Below, piece after piece: positions 1 to 12,699 of a DNA stretch of 64,000 nucleotides (the first letter of the stretch is position 1; each line of letters begins with the position of its first letter). The notes under the pieces are model-generated. The model saw only the letters and a list, made by a program, of their open reading frames with translations, was not told the origin of the DNA and searched no databases. The translations under genes were made by a program, and so were the position numbers. The stretch spans positions 22,010,001 through 22,074,000 of the forward strand of contig NC_043017.1 in NCBI RefSeq assembly GCF_006345805.1. The letters are read 5' to 3'. Origin of the DNA: Octopus sinensis (Eukaryota).

Positions 1-179
1 GTGTGTGTGTATTTCAAAACAAAGGCTGGGAAATTCCGTGTATTTTTAAATCAAAGCTTTGCACTTCTGTATCTAACTGTGCACTCACACACATTCCCAT
101 GCACACTTGATTTTCGACATCTCTGTTATGCGTTGCACATTACAGAGGGGCCATAACTGGGCAAAGAGCAAAACACTGA

Positions 180-325
180 AAAAAATTCCATGAGAGGATA
201 AAGGCGGTGGCAGCATGGGGGAATCAGCTCAGTGAAAACCTGCTGCAAGAGGCACCCATTGTTCCCTTGCTTAGGGGCAAAAACACGCAGGATCTTATCG
301 GGAGTAATAGGCTGCATCCATGCAG
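180..325 (+). mobile_element. Possible Penelope-like element ORF remnant (RT thumb to GIY-YIG linker)
   Basis: Frame reads ...QLSENLLQEAPIVPLLRGKNTQDLIGSNRL, loosely resembling the 'P-I-V-A-Y-R-R-x-K-N-L-x-D-L' motif of PLE ORFs. Cut off by the SINE at 326. Confidence 0.3.
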
Positions 326-538
326 CTCTTACTCTTTTACTTGTTACAGTCATTTGACTGCAGCCATGCTGGAGCACCGCCTTTAGTCGAGCAAATCGAC
401 CTCAGGACTTATTCTTTGTAAGCCTAGTACTTATTCTATCAGGCTCTTTTGCTGAACCGCTAAGTTACGGGGACGTAAGCACACCAGCATCGATTGTCAA
501 GCGATGTTGAGGGGACAAACACAGACACACAAACATAT

Positions 539-571
<33 letters not shown>

Positions 572-801
572 CGACGAGCTTCTTTCAGTTTCTGTCTACC
601 ACTTTCTGACAAGTTGTGGTGCACCTGAGCACTGTATACAATAATTTCATTATTATTATTATATTATTAAATCCACTCACAAGGCTTTGGTGGCCTGAGG
701 CTATAGTAGAAGACACTTGCCCAAGATGCCACGCAGTGGGACTGAACCCAGAAGCATGTGGTTCGTAAGCAAGCTACTTACCACACAGCCACTCCTACGC
801 C
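326..801 (-). mobile_element. tRNA-derived SINE family A, near full length, with a ~70 bp (ATT)n-tailed insert at ~601-668
   Basis: Minus-strand head has A-box-like GGCTGTGTGG and B-box-like GGTTCAGTCCC; (AAAGAGT)n tail; high similarity to copies at 3856, 7572, 16154, 36753 and 40188. Confidence 0.9.
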
Positions 802-961
802 CATAGAGAAATTGTGTAGCAGCCATCGTGTGTGTGTGTGTGTGTGTTTTACATTTTTCAATATCTGTTTTACTACTTTGGCATGAGTTGGAGAAATATG
901 TTCTTTGAAGCATTGTGTGGTACTGCTTCATTACTTCCTCAAAGATTCCATTGTGAAGGCT

Positions 962-1810
962 TATGGCTAAGCTGTTAGAGTGCTTAGCTCAGGATCCTAA
1001 GATTGTGAGTGCGATTCCTGTTGGCATATTGTGTCCCTGAGCAAGACATTTTATTTCATGTTGCCCCATTCCACTCATCTGGCAAAAATGAGTGGGACCT
1101 GTAATTCAAAGGGGCCAGCTTTATGACATTCTGTATCATCCTGAGCTTCCCTGAAAACTACATTCTTTTCTACTCTAGGCACAAGGCATTAAATTTTAGG
1201 GGAGTGGGGCCAGTCAATTAGATCGACTCCAGTATGCAACAGGTACCTAATTTATCAACCCCAAAAGGATGAAAGGCAATGTTGAACTTGCCGTAATTTG
1301 AACTCAGAACATAAAGACAGACCCCTAAGCATTTTGCCCAGCATCCTAACTGCCCACAAGGGGTTACACACAGCGGGGACAAACAAGGACAGACAAAGGG
1401 ATTAAGTGGATTACATCGACCCCAGTTCGTAACTGGTACTTTATTTATCGACCCCAAAGTCAACCTTGGCGGAATTTGAACTCAGAACGTAGCAGCAGAC
1501 AAAATACCAATAAGCATTTTGCCTGGCGTGCTAACGTTTCTGCCAGCTTGCCACCTTTCCCTGAGGACTACATTAAGGGTGCATGTGCCTGTGGAGTGCA
1601 TTCTCAGCAGCACATTGAGTTCTTGAACAAGAAACTTTATTTCACTTTGCTCCAGCCAACTCATGCTGTATCTCCCTATGAAACTACGTTAAGGGTACAC
1701 ATGTCCATGGAGTACTCAGCCACTTGCACATTGATTTCACAAGCAGGCTGTTCTGTTGATTGGATCAAATGGAACCCTTATTGTCATAACCAAGAGACTG
1801 GCAGTTGTTG
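962..1810 (+). mobile_element. tRNA-headed SINE family G, split by two family C copies
   Basis: Degenerate tRNA-like head at ~962-1020, body to ~1160, resuming at ~1563-1810. The same body occurs reversed at ~39940-40145, ~44352-44520 and ~47870-47930. Confidence 0.7.
1164..1558 (-). mobile_element. Two adjacent SINE family C copies
   Basis: Both contain the family core ctggtact..tttatcgacccc..aaagtcgacctcggcggaatttgaactcagaac, also seen at 57080, 57465, 59100 and 60683. Confidence 0.85.
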
Positions 1811-2269
1811 AATATTCCAACGTGCTTCTCCATCAATTATGGTTAATTCCATTCCTTGGCTCTACATCATGGATTTTTCACAACCCCATTTATGCTCACC
1901 TATTCCCGACTTAGCTCTTTCTCTTCTCATTAAGGTCTCCTTTAATGTTCCTCCATCCTGACCTTTGTAGGATCTCAGTGTCCTGTTTCTAACACCTTTT
2001 GCAAATGCATGAGATGTTAATAGACACGGTTCTTAAGCCTTAGCTAATCCTGGCTAGATTCAACTTCACTACAAATAGATTAAAACAATAGACAATATAC
2101 AGACAATCTCACCACAACGTAAAAAACCCCAGAAAATTAAAACATAAAGAACGCACATAATATTAATGTGATTACCGAATTCCAGGTTATGTAAGCACTC
2201 TACAGGATTCCAAAACTGATAATTTTTTTTATCCACAAACAAGAGCAGTTCAATTATTTTCCTTGTTAT

Positions 2270-2276
2270 ACTCTTC

Positions 2277-2317
<41 letters not shown>

Positions 2318-2698
2318 CTCATTAGTATTGTTATCATCATCATCTTCTACTGCTTCCCTCTTCCATCCTTTTTTTCTCCCCATCATCTTCACCTCTCCAT
2401 CTACCACCACCGTCATCACCACCACCTTTCCTCCTCCTTCACCTACCACCACCACCACCATCATCACTGCCACCACTACCCTCACTACCACCACTGCCAC
2501 CATCATTTCTGCCGCCACCACCAACACCTCTATCCCCACCACTCCTACACCCTTTCTCCTCCTCCACTTTCTCTCTCCGTCATATTTCTCTCCTTCTCCC
2601 CATCCTCCTTTTTTTGAAGCCACCATCACCATCAACCCCACCATCTACTCTTCTTCTTCCTCCTACTCCTTCTCCTCCTCATGACACTTCATTAAGAT

Positions 2699-2730
<32 letters not shown>

Positions 2731-2860
2731 AACCATCATCATCATCATCATCCCACCTCAGATATACAAACAATATATGTTGGTCCCTAAGTTATTAATT
2801 GTAGATCCTATCAAATTTCCTTTTAATGTAAATCCACCACCACCACCACCACCACCATCA
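2270..2860. repeat. Compound (CT)n/(CAC)n/(CAT)n low-complexity tract
   Basis: Directly visible repeats; they generate the spurious V-rich and T-rich ORFs. Confidence 0.9.
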
Positions 2861-3076
2861 CCACGACGATCCTTCTTTCCAGTTTCTATAACAAAATACT
2901 TTGTGTTTTCAAAGAAATATGCTGTTGTGTTTTTCTTTTTCTTCAGAATGGTTTTCCTTCCATTGTCTACTTAGAATCTAAATTAATATTCTCGCCAGGT
3001 TTTGCAGTTCATAAATTGGAAAGAATAAAAAAACATTTAAAATTAGGAAGAATTATTTTTATCATCATCATCATCA

Positions 3077-3126
<50 letters not shown>

Positions 3127-3128
<2 letters not shown>

Positions 3129-3332
3129 AGTGGCAAGCTGGCAGAATTGTTAGCATGCTGGGAGAAATGCTTAGCAGTATTTCATCTGTTCTGAGTTCAA
3201 ATTCCGCCCAGGTCTACTTTGCCTCTCATCGTTTCGGGGTTGATAAATTAAGTACCAGTTGCGTACTGAGGTCGATCTAATCGACTGCCCTCCTCCCCCA
3301 AAATTTCGGGCCTTGTGCCTAGAGTAGAAAGG

Positions 3333-3373
<41 letters not shown>

Positions 3374-3558
3374 AGGTAGTGAGCTGGCAGAATCGCTTGC
3401 ATGCCAGCTTGGCTGTATTTCGTCTGCCACGATGTTCTGAGTTCAAATTCCACCAAGGTTGACTTTGCCTCTCATCCTTTCAACATCAATGTAATTGACT
3501 GTCCTCCTCCCCCAAATTTCAGGCCTTGTGCCTACAGTAGAAAGGATTGTTACTATTA

Positions 3559-3590
<32 letters not shown>

Positions 3591-4495
3591 GTTATTGTTA
3601 TTATTACGGAGGCAGCATGGCAGAATTGTTAGGATGCTGAACAAAATGCTTAACATCATTTCGTCCGTTTTTATGATCAGAATTCAAATTCTGTCACTCA
3701 ACTTTGCAATTCCTCTTTTCAGGGGCAATGAAATAAATGCCAGTTAATCACTGGGGTCGATGTAATCAACTGTCAACTGTCCCCTTCCTCCATCTTTCGG
3801 GCTTTGTGTCTTGAGAAGAAAGGATCATTATTATTATTATTATCAAGGTGTCAAGCTCTTTTACACTTTACTCTTTTACTTGTTTCAGTCATTTGACTGT
3901 GGCCATGCTGGAGCACTGTTTTTAGTCGAGCAAATTGACCCCAGGACTTAATTTTTGTAAGCCTAGTACTTATTCTATCGGTCTCTTTTGCTGAACTGCT
4001 ACATTATGGGGATGTAAACACACCAGCATCGGTTGTCAAGTGATGTTGGGGGCGAGGACAAACACAGCCACACAAACACACACGTACATATATATATTTA
4101 TATATACTTATATATGACAGGCTTCTTTCAGTTTCCGTCTACCAAATCCACTCACAAGGTTTTGGTCAGCCCAAGGCTATAGTAGAAGACACTTGCCCAA
4201 GGTGCCATGCAGTGGGGACTGAACCCGAAACCATGTGGTTCGTAAGCAAGCTACTTACCACACAGCCACTCCTACACTTATTAATCACTGACAAGATTGT
4301 TAGCAAATCAATCAAAATGCTTCGTGGCATTCCATCCATCTCTTAACATTCCAAGTTCAAATCATACCAAGATCAGCTTTGCCTTTCGTCCTTTGTGGAG
4401 TAGGGTTAATAAAATAAAGTACCAAGTACTGAAGTGGTTATAATCAAGATTTCCCCTTGCCAGCCTTATGCCAAAATTGGAAAAGAATTATTATT
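3127..4495 (+). mobile_element. Head-to-tail array of four SINE family C copies separated by (ATT)n tails
   Basis: Copies start at ~3127, ~3372, ~3606 and ~3845, and each ends ...gtagaaaggattattatt or similar. The fourth is interrupted by SINE A and resumes at ~4290. Confidence 0.8.
3856..4277 (-). mobile_element. SINE family A, full length
   Basis: Same head, body and tail as 326-801. Confidence 0.92.
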
Positions 4496-5144
4496 GTAAT
4501 TATGAAATAGAATTTTGTATTTTCTCTTGTTGATAAAGCCAAAAGAAAATTATTTTTATTTTAACAGAACAAGAAAAATTCTACCGCGATAGTCTTTTCG
4601 CCAAAAGGAAGGTTTGACAGAAACAGTTAGTTCAGAAAATAGCTTTGGGTTGTTTTTTGTTTTTTTTTTCATATTTTGTTTTCTATAATTAATAAATCAT
4701 AGTACAAACCGTACAAGCCTGACTGAACCCATCAAGTAGAAGTTCTCTTTCACATATAATAATCACGATGCTTGATGTAAGATAAATGTACAGAAATAAT
4801 CACAAACAGCTTGCTACTGGCTTTTTTCGGATGCAAAATAGAAACAGAAGTAAAAGTAATAGTGGATGCAAAGTTGGTTGGAGGAGAACAAAAATGAAAA
4901 CAAAATAAGATATAAATAAAATAAAATAAGAATTTCGGATGAAAATAAATAAATGAATATATGTATGAATGGTGTGTACTCAAGTGAAAATGGGAATGGT
5001 AGTCTTTTGATGTCAATAGTGAATGTGACTGACTGACTCCACTTATGACCATCATATGCTATTACAGCAAGGTTGCCTGTGTGACTAAGACAGCACAAAA
5101 TATCCTCTTTGATGCTATTGGTGTACTTTGATCTGCTGCTATTG

Positions 5145-5175
<31 letters not shown>

Positions 5176-5384
5176 ACTATCTCTCTCTCTCTCTCTTTCT
5201 CTTTCTGGACCCAGTACTAAAAATGTGCTGCCAACAATAAGGTTTATTTTCCCCTTTAGAATAGCTTGTGCTGGCAGGTAACAAAGTTTGCATTTAATAT
5301 GACATCAATGGAAAAAGGGGGAGAGGAAAAAAAAACCCAGAAATAAAAAGAAAAAAATATAAAAAAAGAAACTAAGAAACTGAA

Positions 5385-5667
5385 CTACAGATGTGTATGT
5401 GTGTATGTACGTATGTGTGTGTGTCGAGGGGTACATTGGAGGATGTGGGTGGAAGCGGAAAATAAATTATAAAGTGCATAGGTATGTATTAGAAGTACAT
5501 ATATGTCAATATAGATGTGTGTGTTAGTGTGTGTGTGAGCATGTGTATATGTGTTTATATCATATATGCACACACATGTATATGTATGTATATATATATG
5601 CATCTTTAAATATGTGCATGTGGTTAGATGCACATATATATATACATGCATGGATACATCCATCCAT

Positions 5668-5720
<53 letters not shown>

Positions 5721-5826
5721 CATGGATATATATATATATTTATACATGCATATGTACATATACTTATATATGCATATTATATGAAAGCACATATATATGT
5801 ATATGTATACTTTGTTTTACATATAT

Positions 5827-5875
<49 letters not shown>

Positions 5876-6039
5876 AAATCTCCACCAGAATGGACGCAAG
5901 TGCTGATATATGATATACATTATATGATGTATATACAAATATGTAATATACAAATAAATATCTGTAAATATAAAACCATCCAAATTTCTGAGTACCTCAT
6001 TTCTTCTAATATAAAATACCTGTACATCATCTCCAAACC

Positions 6040-6084
<45 letters not shown>
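5385..6084. repeat. (TA)n/(CA)n/(TACA)n compound microsatellite region
   Basis: Directly visible; source of the YI/IY ORFs. Confidence 0.9.
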
Positions 6085-6087
<3 letters not shown>

Positions 6088-6175
6088 ACGAAGTAAACTT
6101 GCAAGGTACCGCACGAGTGAAAATATATAGAAAAGAGGGTTTGAAAATGCAGAGGTCTTTTAAAGATGTTTATTG

Positions 6176-6218
6176 ACTTGACCGGTTTCCCTTTTATTAA
6201 AAAAAGATTATCAAAAGT
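6176..6218 (-). ncRNA. Minimal type I hammerhead ribozyme motif, U3-A8 core
   Basis: Minus strand reads actt-TTGATAA-tctttt(ttaata)aaagg-GAA-ACCGGT-C-aagt: stem I actt/aagt, palindromic stem III ACCGGT, GUC triplet. Confidence 0.65.
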
Positions 6219-6389
6219 AAAATGTAAAGCTTTGTATAAGGTCTGTTGTGTTAAAAAATGGTTATCATAATTGTATTGAAATAGAGTTAAACAGTCTTTG
6301 ATAATGATAAGACTGAATAACATGTACTTTAATACAATTGTGATAACCATTCTTTAACACAACAGAGCTTATACAAAGCTTTACATTTT

Positions 6390-6430
6390 ACTTTTGATAA
6401 TCTTTTTTAAAAAAGTGAAACCGGTTAAGT
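6390..6430 (+). ncRNA. Second hammerhead motif copy in the inverted arm
   Basis: actt-TTGATAA-tcttttttaaaaaagt-GAA-ACCGGT-T-aagt (GUU triplet). Confidence 0.55.
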
Positions 6431-6782
6431 CAATAAACATCTTTAAAAGACCTCTGCATTTTCAAACCTTCTTTCCTATATACATACACACACACATACA
6501 CACACACATCTATATATATTCGCATATATATGCATTGTTATATTGTTCATTGTGTTAATATTTATATATACATGCATATGTATGTACATAAGTAACAAAT
6601 CAACCCCAGTACTTATTTCTTAAAACCTGGTACTTATTTTATCGGTCTCTGTTGCTGAACTTCTAAGCTTCAGGGACATATATATATATATGTATATATA
6701 TCTATGTTCATGTGTCTTTGTGTCTGTGTTTGTGCCCCCACTCCATCACCGTTTGACAACCAGTGTTGGTGTGTATATATAT

Positions 6783-6982
6783 GTGACCTCGTGTGTACCG
6801 TTGGCGATTTTTTCCTCTGTCTTCCCTTCTCTGGATCTTTCCTTCTCCTATGTTTCCGATGAAGAGCTCCGCTCGAAACATTAAACCCTCCTTCTTTCCT
6901 TAGCGTCCAATAATACTATATTTGTTCCACGTCCTCGCGTTGTTGTGTTTTTTTGTGCTTTCTTGTTTGAATTAACCATAAA
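6783..6982 (+). mobile_element. Penelope-like pLTR-type short element ending in (TA)n, nested among SINE A fragments
   Basis: Contains an HHR motif at 6852-6886; flanked by (TA) tracts and by SINE A pieces at ~6595-6775 and ~6990-7145. Confidence 0.65.
6852..6886 (+). ncRNA. Degenerate hammerhead ribozyme motif (U4C core)
   Basis: gttt-CCGATGA-a-gagc-tcc-gctc-GAA-ACAT-T-aaac. Stem I gttt/aaac, stem II gagc/gctc; stem III is probably ACGT decayed to ACAT. Confidence 0.6.
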
Positions 6983-7571
6983 TATATATATGTGTGTTAT
7001 GGGCTTCTTTCAGTTTCCGTCTATCAAATCAACTCACAAGATTTTGGTTGGCCCGAGGCTATAGTAGCTCAAGGTGCCATGCAGTGGCCCTGAACCCAGA
7101 CTCATGTGGTTAGGAAGCAAGCTTCTTACCACACGGCCATGCCTATTATTTAAGCTCATTATTTAAGCCATTTCTTGTATATCACTCTGTGAAAACACCT
7201 TATTATCTTAGTAAAGTAGACATGGATTTACAAAGTCAAATGTTGATGAACTTTGACTTCAGATCTCACCTTAGGATTACCTGCATTTCTATATCAATTA
7301 AAAAAACCTTTTGTTAGCCTGGTGTACTTGTATTAGCAGAGAACTTAACAAGTCTTTTGCCCAAATTAACAATACCTTTTATTTATCTATCATTCAATCT
7401 ACCTAGGTGTGTGTGTGTGTATTCACTGAAATAACAAGATCCCACTTTCATTCGAGCAAGTTGCAAATCACATATACTTCCTATCAGTAGCCAGTCTCCC
7501 AACTAAATTAGGTCATCGGTTATCAGGAAGATTTTAACATGTTTTACCAAACTTGCGTATTCCACCTTCTT

Positions 7572-7978
7572 ATTCTTTACTCTTTTACTTGTTTCAGTCA
7601 TTTGACTGTGGCCATGCTGGAGCACCGCCTTTAATCAAACAACTCAATCCCGAGACTTATTCTTTGTAAGCCCAGTACTTATTCTATCGGTCTCTTTTTG
7701 CTGAACCGCTATGTGACGGGGACATAAACACACCAGCATCAGTTGTCAAGCAATGCTAGGGGGACAAATACAGACACACAAACACACATACAAATATATG
7801 TATATACATATATACGACGGGCTTCTTTCAGTTTCCGTCTACCAAATCCACTCACAAGGCTTTGGTCAGCCCGAGGCTATAGTAGAAGACACTTGCCCAA
7901 GGTACCACACAGTGGGACTGAACCCAGAACCATGTGGTTGGTAAAAAAGTTACTTACCACACAGCCACTCCTGCGCCT
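7572..7978 (-). mobile_element. SINE family A, full length
   Basis: Same consensus as the other A copies. Confidence 0.92.
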
Positions 7979-8287
7979 TGTGACATTTCTTATTACAAAA
8001 CCAATGAAGAAAATCTTAAGATAAAAAGAAACAGAGGCAAGGCTACAAGTAACACATATTTTCAAACGGAACATAGTATTATGTTAAAATCTGAAATTTG
8101 TTTCAAAATCTTGTGGAAGTTTGAAGATTTTTAATTCAGAAAGATTTTTGCTGAGTGCTGCAGGCAATTTTGGGGATGAAAATTTATGTGTTCCGATAAC
8201 ATTTACTCTGTTTACCAATTTCTTTTTCACTTTTATTGGCATTATTACTCCTTCTGCTCTATCATCCTTTCTCTGCTTCATTCCTCT

Positions 8288-8326
<39 letters not shown>

Positions 8327-8615
8327 CCTCTCTCAGAATATCTTCAGTCATCTATACACATTGATATATGTGTATATTTGTATAGACTTGCGCATATTTG
8401 TGTGTGTGTGTATATGTATATATTATAAATATACATAAATAGACAGACATCAGACATATAACCCTACATATATAGAGGGAGACAGAAAGAAAAATTTCCA
8501 TGTATGTGTGTGTGTGTATTTATGGATATATGCATTTATATATATATATATATATATATAAGTGTGTGTATACACACACATACATAAATATATATATGTG
8601 AAAATGTATGTGTAG

Positions 8616-8653
<38 letters not shown>

Positions 8654-9220
8654 ATATATATGTATGTATGTGTGTGTGTATATATATATGTGTGTTGTGT
8701 GTATATATATATATATGCATGTATGTATGTATATATATAATATATATATATAAATACACACACACATGAAAATGCACACATTGAAACACACAGACAAACC
8801 ATTTATGTTTCTCTTTACTCAAGAAATAAAACTGTAAGCCTCCCATATTTGTAGTTTACCATAAACCAAAACCAAAAAGCAGGAAACAAAACCTATATAT
8901 ATACAATAATAAAAAAATAAAATGTTAAAAAAATAGGGGCAAAAATAATACCCATAACATCAGAAATGGAAGTTTGATGCTAATGCAGAACCAAACTGAA
9001 AGTCCCTTTAATCCCTCTGCTTAATTCCCAACATGTTGTTTCAGGCTTTGATTAATAAATTTACAGATATTTCTGTAAACGGTTTGCATTTAACATCTTC
9101 AAAAATCCCCTTCTGGCTTCCACAGCAAATAGAACCGGATTTCTTCCTTGCTTAAAATATGCTTCTGTGTTGTGATCGGAAAGAGGGTTTATGAATTAAA
9201 TTTATGCTTGCTACTTTCAG

Positions 9221-9570
9221 TTAGCTGATTTTATTGCTGTCCATAAGCGGAAAGTGTAACCTCTCGAAAGAGCTGTTCTTCACTCCTGCTCCAGAGCGTC
9301 CGCTGCGGGGTCACTCCGAAAAGCTCTATCTGTGACAATTTCATCTCAATCGAAGGAGAGGGGCTTTCTCCGTCTGGGTTGCGGATCCGTTGAATAAGCT
9401 GCCGGACGAGATAGTGAAGATGCCGATGACCGCTCAGTTCAGAGTCTCTCTTGACCAGAAATGGCCTGAACTCTTAGCATGAACACCCTCCCTGTACATA
9501 ACTCCATGTCCCCCATACATGGCCTTGATTTTTGCTTTTTGAGCCAAAAACTTAACTTAACTAGCTCATC
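9221..9570 (+). mobile_element. CR1/L2-type LINE 3' remnant (ORF2 C-terminus and 3'UTR)
   Basis: Reads NLSKELFFTPAPERPLRGHSEKLYL*QFHLNRRRGAFSVWVADPLNKLPDEIVKMPMTAQFRVSLDQKWPEL, matching the 'LRGHxxKL...FFSxRVVxxWNxLP..VV....FK..LD' end of CR1/L2 ORF2. One in-frame stop. Confidence 0.85.
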
Positions 9571-9711
9571 AAATTCTAGTTCAAGCAGATCTATATATAA
9601 TATATACGTAAACCCATGTGAAGATTTTAGCAGGTTTCTTACAAATCCATGTTTAAAATAATTGATTGACCAGAAAGAAATCGAAGTAAAGATGTTTTGA
9701 TATGTGTGTTT

Positions 9712-9900
9712 ATAGGCGCATCCTTAAATCTATTCAGGGCATGGCTGTGTGGTAAGAAATTTGCTTCCCAACCACATGGTTCCAAGTGCAGTCCCACTGA
9801 GTGGCACCTTGAGCAAGTGTCTTCTACTATAGCCACGGGCCGACCAAAGCCTTGTGAGTGGATTTGGTAGATGGAAACTAAAAGAAGCCCATCATGTATG
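9712..9900 (+). mobile_element. SINE family A, 5' half
   Basis: ggctgtgtggtaag...gtcccact...gaagcccatc, then a microsatellite. Confidence 0.85.
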
Positions 9901-9950
<50 letters not shown>

Positions 9951-9952
<2 letters not shown>

Positions 9953-10160
9953 TTCTTTTACTTGTTTCAGTCATTTGATTGCAACCATGCTGAGACACCA
10001 TTGTAAAGGACTTTAGTCAAAGAAATCGACCCCAGGACTTATTCTTTGTAAGCCTAGTACTTATTCTATCAGTCTCTTTTGCTGAACTGCTATGCTGCAG
10101 GGATATAAACACACAAACATTGGTTGTCAAGCAATGGTGGGGGAACAGACATACATACAC

Positions 10161-10246
<86 letters not shown>

Positions 10247-10360
10247 GATATAGATATATATGTATATCTATCTATCTATCTATATATATATATATATATA
10301 TGGATATATGGAGATATATATATATATGTTCATACATATATATGTATATCTATCTATTTA

Positions 10361-10400
<40 letters not shown>

Positions 10401-10562
10401 AGGTTTCTTAAAGTTTTTGTCAACCTAATTCACTCACAAGACTTTGGTGGGCCCGAGGCTATAGTAGAAGATACTTACCCAAGGTGTCACACAGTGGGAC
10501 TGAACCCGGAACCATGTGGTTAGGAAGCATGCTTCTTACCACACAGCCACGTCTTCACCTAC
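9951..10562 (-). mobile_element. SINE family A with an expanded central (TA)/(GATA) tract
   Basis: Tail half at 9951-10160 and head half at ~10398-10562, separated by ~240 bp of microsatellite. Confidence 0.85.
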
Positions 10563-12699
10563 ATGTGTGTGTGTGTGTGAGTAGATTGATAAAATAAAAT
10601 TAGTCTTGAGCTATGCTGTTTGAGCGAACCACGTTTCAGCTTCCTCAGTTTCGTCAAGTGAGGTTAAATAAGATCATATCCTGATCATGGATATGGCTAT
10701 GTTTTAATATGCCCCTAATTATCTTAAACATTCAGACTTTTTAAATTCAGAAAATTATTCTATGGCACACGATCTTCAAAAAATTTATTCAAATTAATAA
10801 TCTTTTACCAAAAGCTTGAGTAATAATTTTGTCAAGAAGACACAGGCTGAGAGGAAGCTTAAAGCATCAAGACTTTTGGACAACAATAATATCAGGACTC
10901 TAACAACGAGTGTGGTTAAATGAGGATTCTAATTCAGATACTGAGGGTTTATGCTGTGACAATATTTGGATTGAGGATTATCTCATATTTTCTCTGAGTG
11001 ATAAAAATTAAGACAAAAAGATAATTTGACTAAAATATTGAGATTATATTGTAATTTTAAGCAATCCTTCTTTTGTTTTCAATCTTTTATATTTCTTAAT
11101 TATGTTCAATTTATAAGAATGGGATTCCAGTGCAATTTTTATTTCAGCTATGATTTCAGATAATGCTGCAGTAATTCTTAAAATCTTAATTCTATTTATT
11201 TATATTTTTATTCCTACTTTTCAATAATTTCAAAAATATTAAATAAAGAAGAATTTGATTCAAGAAGGTATTTGGTAACCTCACATGTGCTGCTGCCATA
11301 AAAAAAAAGCACCCAGTTACCCTCTGTAATGTGGATGTCACTTGGAAGATCATTGAACCATAGGAATTATGGCAAAGCAGACACTGGATCATGACGCAAT
11401 TCTCTGACTTACCAGATCTTGTCAAATTATTTGACCCATGCCAGCATGGAAGAGAGACGTTAAAAGATGATGAATATGATAAAGATTGGCTGTTTATTAT
11501 ATCCTTTCTTATTTATTATATATTACTTGCACTCATGCAATAGATAGGAAAAATAAAGTGAGTTTATAAAGAAGTTATTTTAGTGCAAGTTTTTCAATGC
11601 TGGACTGACAAAATCCATAAAAAATAGAAAAAAATTAGAGAAAAAATCAAAAAGAAAACATTTAAGCTTTTGCTGATAAAAAATTCTAAAGATTACATAG
11701 AAGTTATAGAGAGTATAAAGAAACAGATCAAAAGCAATCAGCTGTAAATAGACTGGGAAAAAAAAAATCTAAATTATTGATTTTTTTTCTTTATGGCCAA
11801 GCTTTGCAAATCATTAAAACATATCAATCAGTAACTAAGGAGTTTGGATTTCAAGATGAGAACCGTGTTCTTTTAAGTGTTTAGTTTTAAATTTTAGGTG
11901 TGTGAAAGTTTAATTGGAAACAAACCTTGTAGAACGCAGAGTGAGAAAAAAATAAGAAGAAAACAACAGAAGACTTTATTAAGCAATGTCTTCTGTTAAA
12001 ACAAACAGTTAAAGGTTACACAATTTAGTGTTGTTATGTATTGACTTCCAGCAATGTGAATCAAGTTGAGCAGGTACAACAAAGTAGCCAGAGACCAAAA
12101 CTGTTCACCTCATTGTTTTTGAATTATGAATCTTTTTTTCCTTTTGTTTTCATTTCAAATTTTACTGAAATTAATTGAATGGTTTTTTTTTCATCTTTCC
12201 TAAAAAAAAACGTTAAAATTACAAGAAATTTTTGTGAGACATGATTGGGATAGGAGGAGCCCCGCTACAAACCTTCGGTTAATGGTTAAAGAAAGAGAAA
12301 TCATTAGACTGATTTTTATTGCAATGTTAAATCTTTTAATATGTTTTATGAGAAATATGGTAGTTCTCCAGCAAATATTATGGAAACAGAGCAGAGCATC
12401 ATTAATTATTTTTGGTGCTGCAACATATTCTGTTCTCGATGAGAGGCAGGTTATCTTAGATTTTTACTTCTTTTAGAATTCACTGACGGAAAAAATACTG
12501 GCTGACCTACTGTATTACCAGGTCTTAGAGTTCACTGATGGGAATAAAACATCTTGAGAAAATAATGGTTGACTTGTATTACAGTATTGTAGTGAAAGGA
12601 AGGGAAAAAAAGCATAGCAAATTTCCTCAGAAGCAGAAAATCAGTTATACAAATGCACAATTTGAAAGTCAAGAGTTATAATCAAGTCTTTCAGAGCTC

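Larger units (their letters stand above)
6085..6482 (-). mobile_element. Fold-back Penelope-like or retrozyme-like element with an HHR motif in both arms
   Basis: Inverted arms ~6124-6280 and ~6328-6482; a unique 3' extension at 6085-6123 abuts (TA)n. Confidence 0.7.

Noticed and set aside
1820-2030. Possible ancient RTE fragment on the minus strand
   Set aside because: No motif clear enough to call by eye.
2069-2684. 191-aa V-rich and 118-aa T/S-rich ORFs resembling mucin or membrane proteins
   Set aside because: They are encoded by (CAC)n/(CT)n simple repeats, with no splice or domain support.
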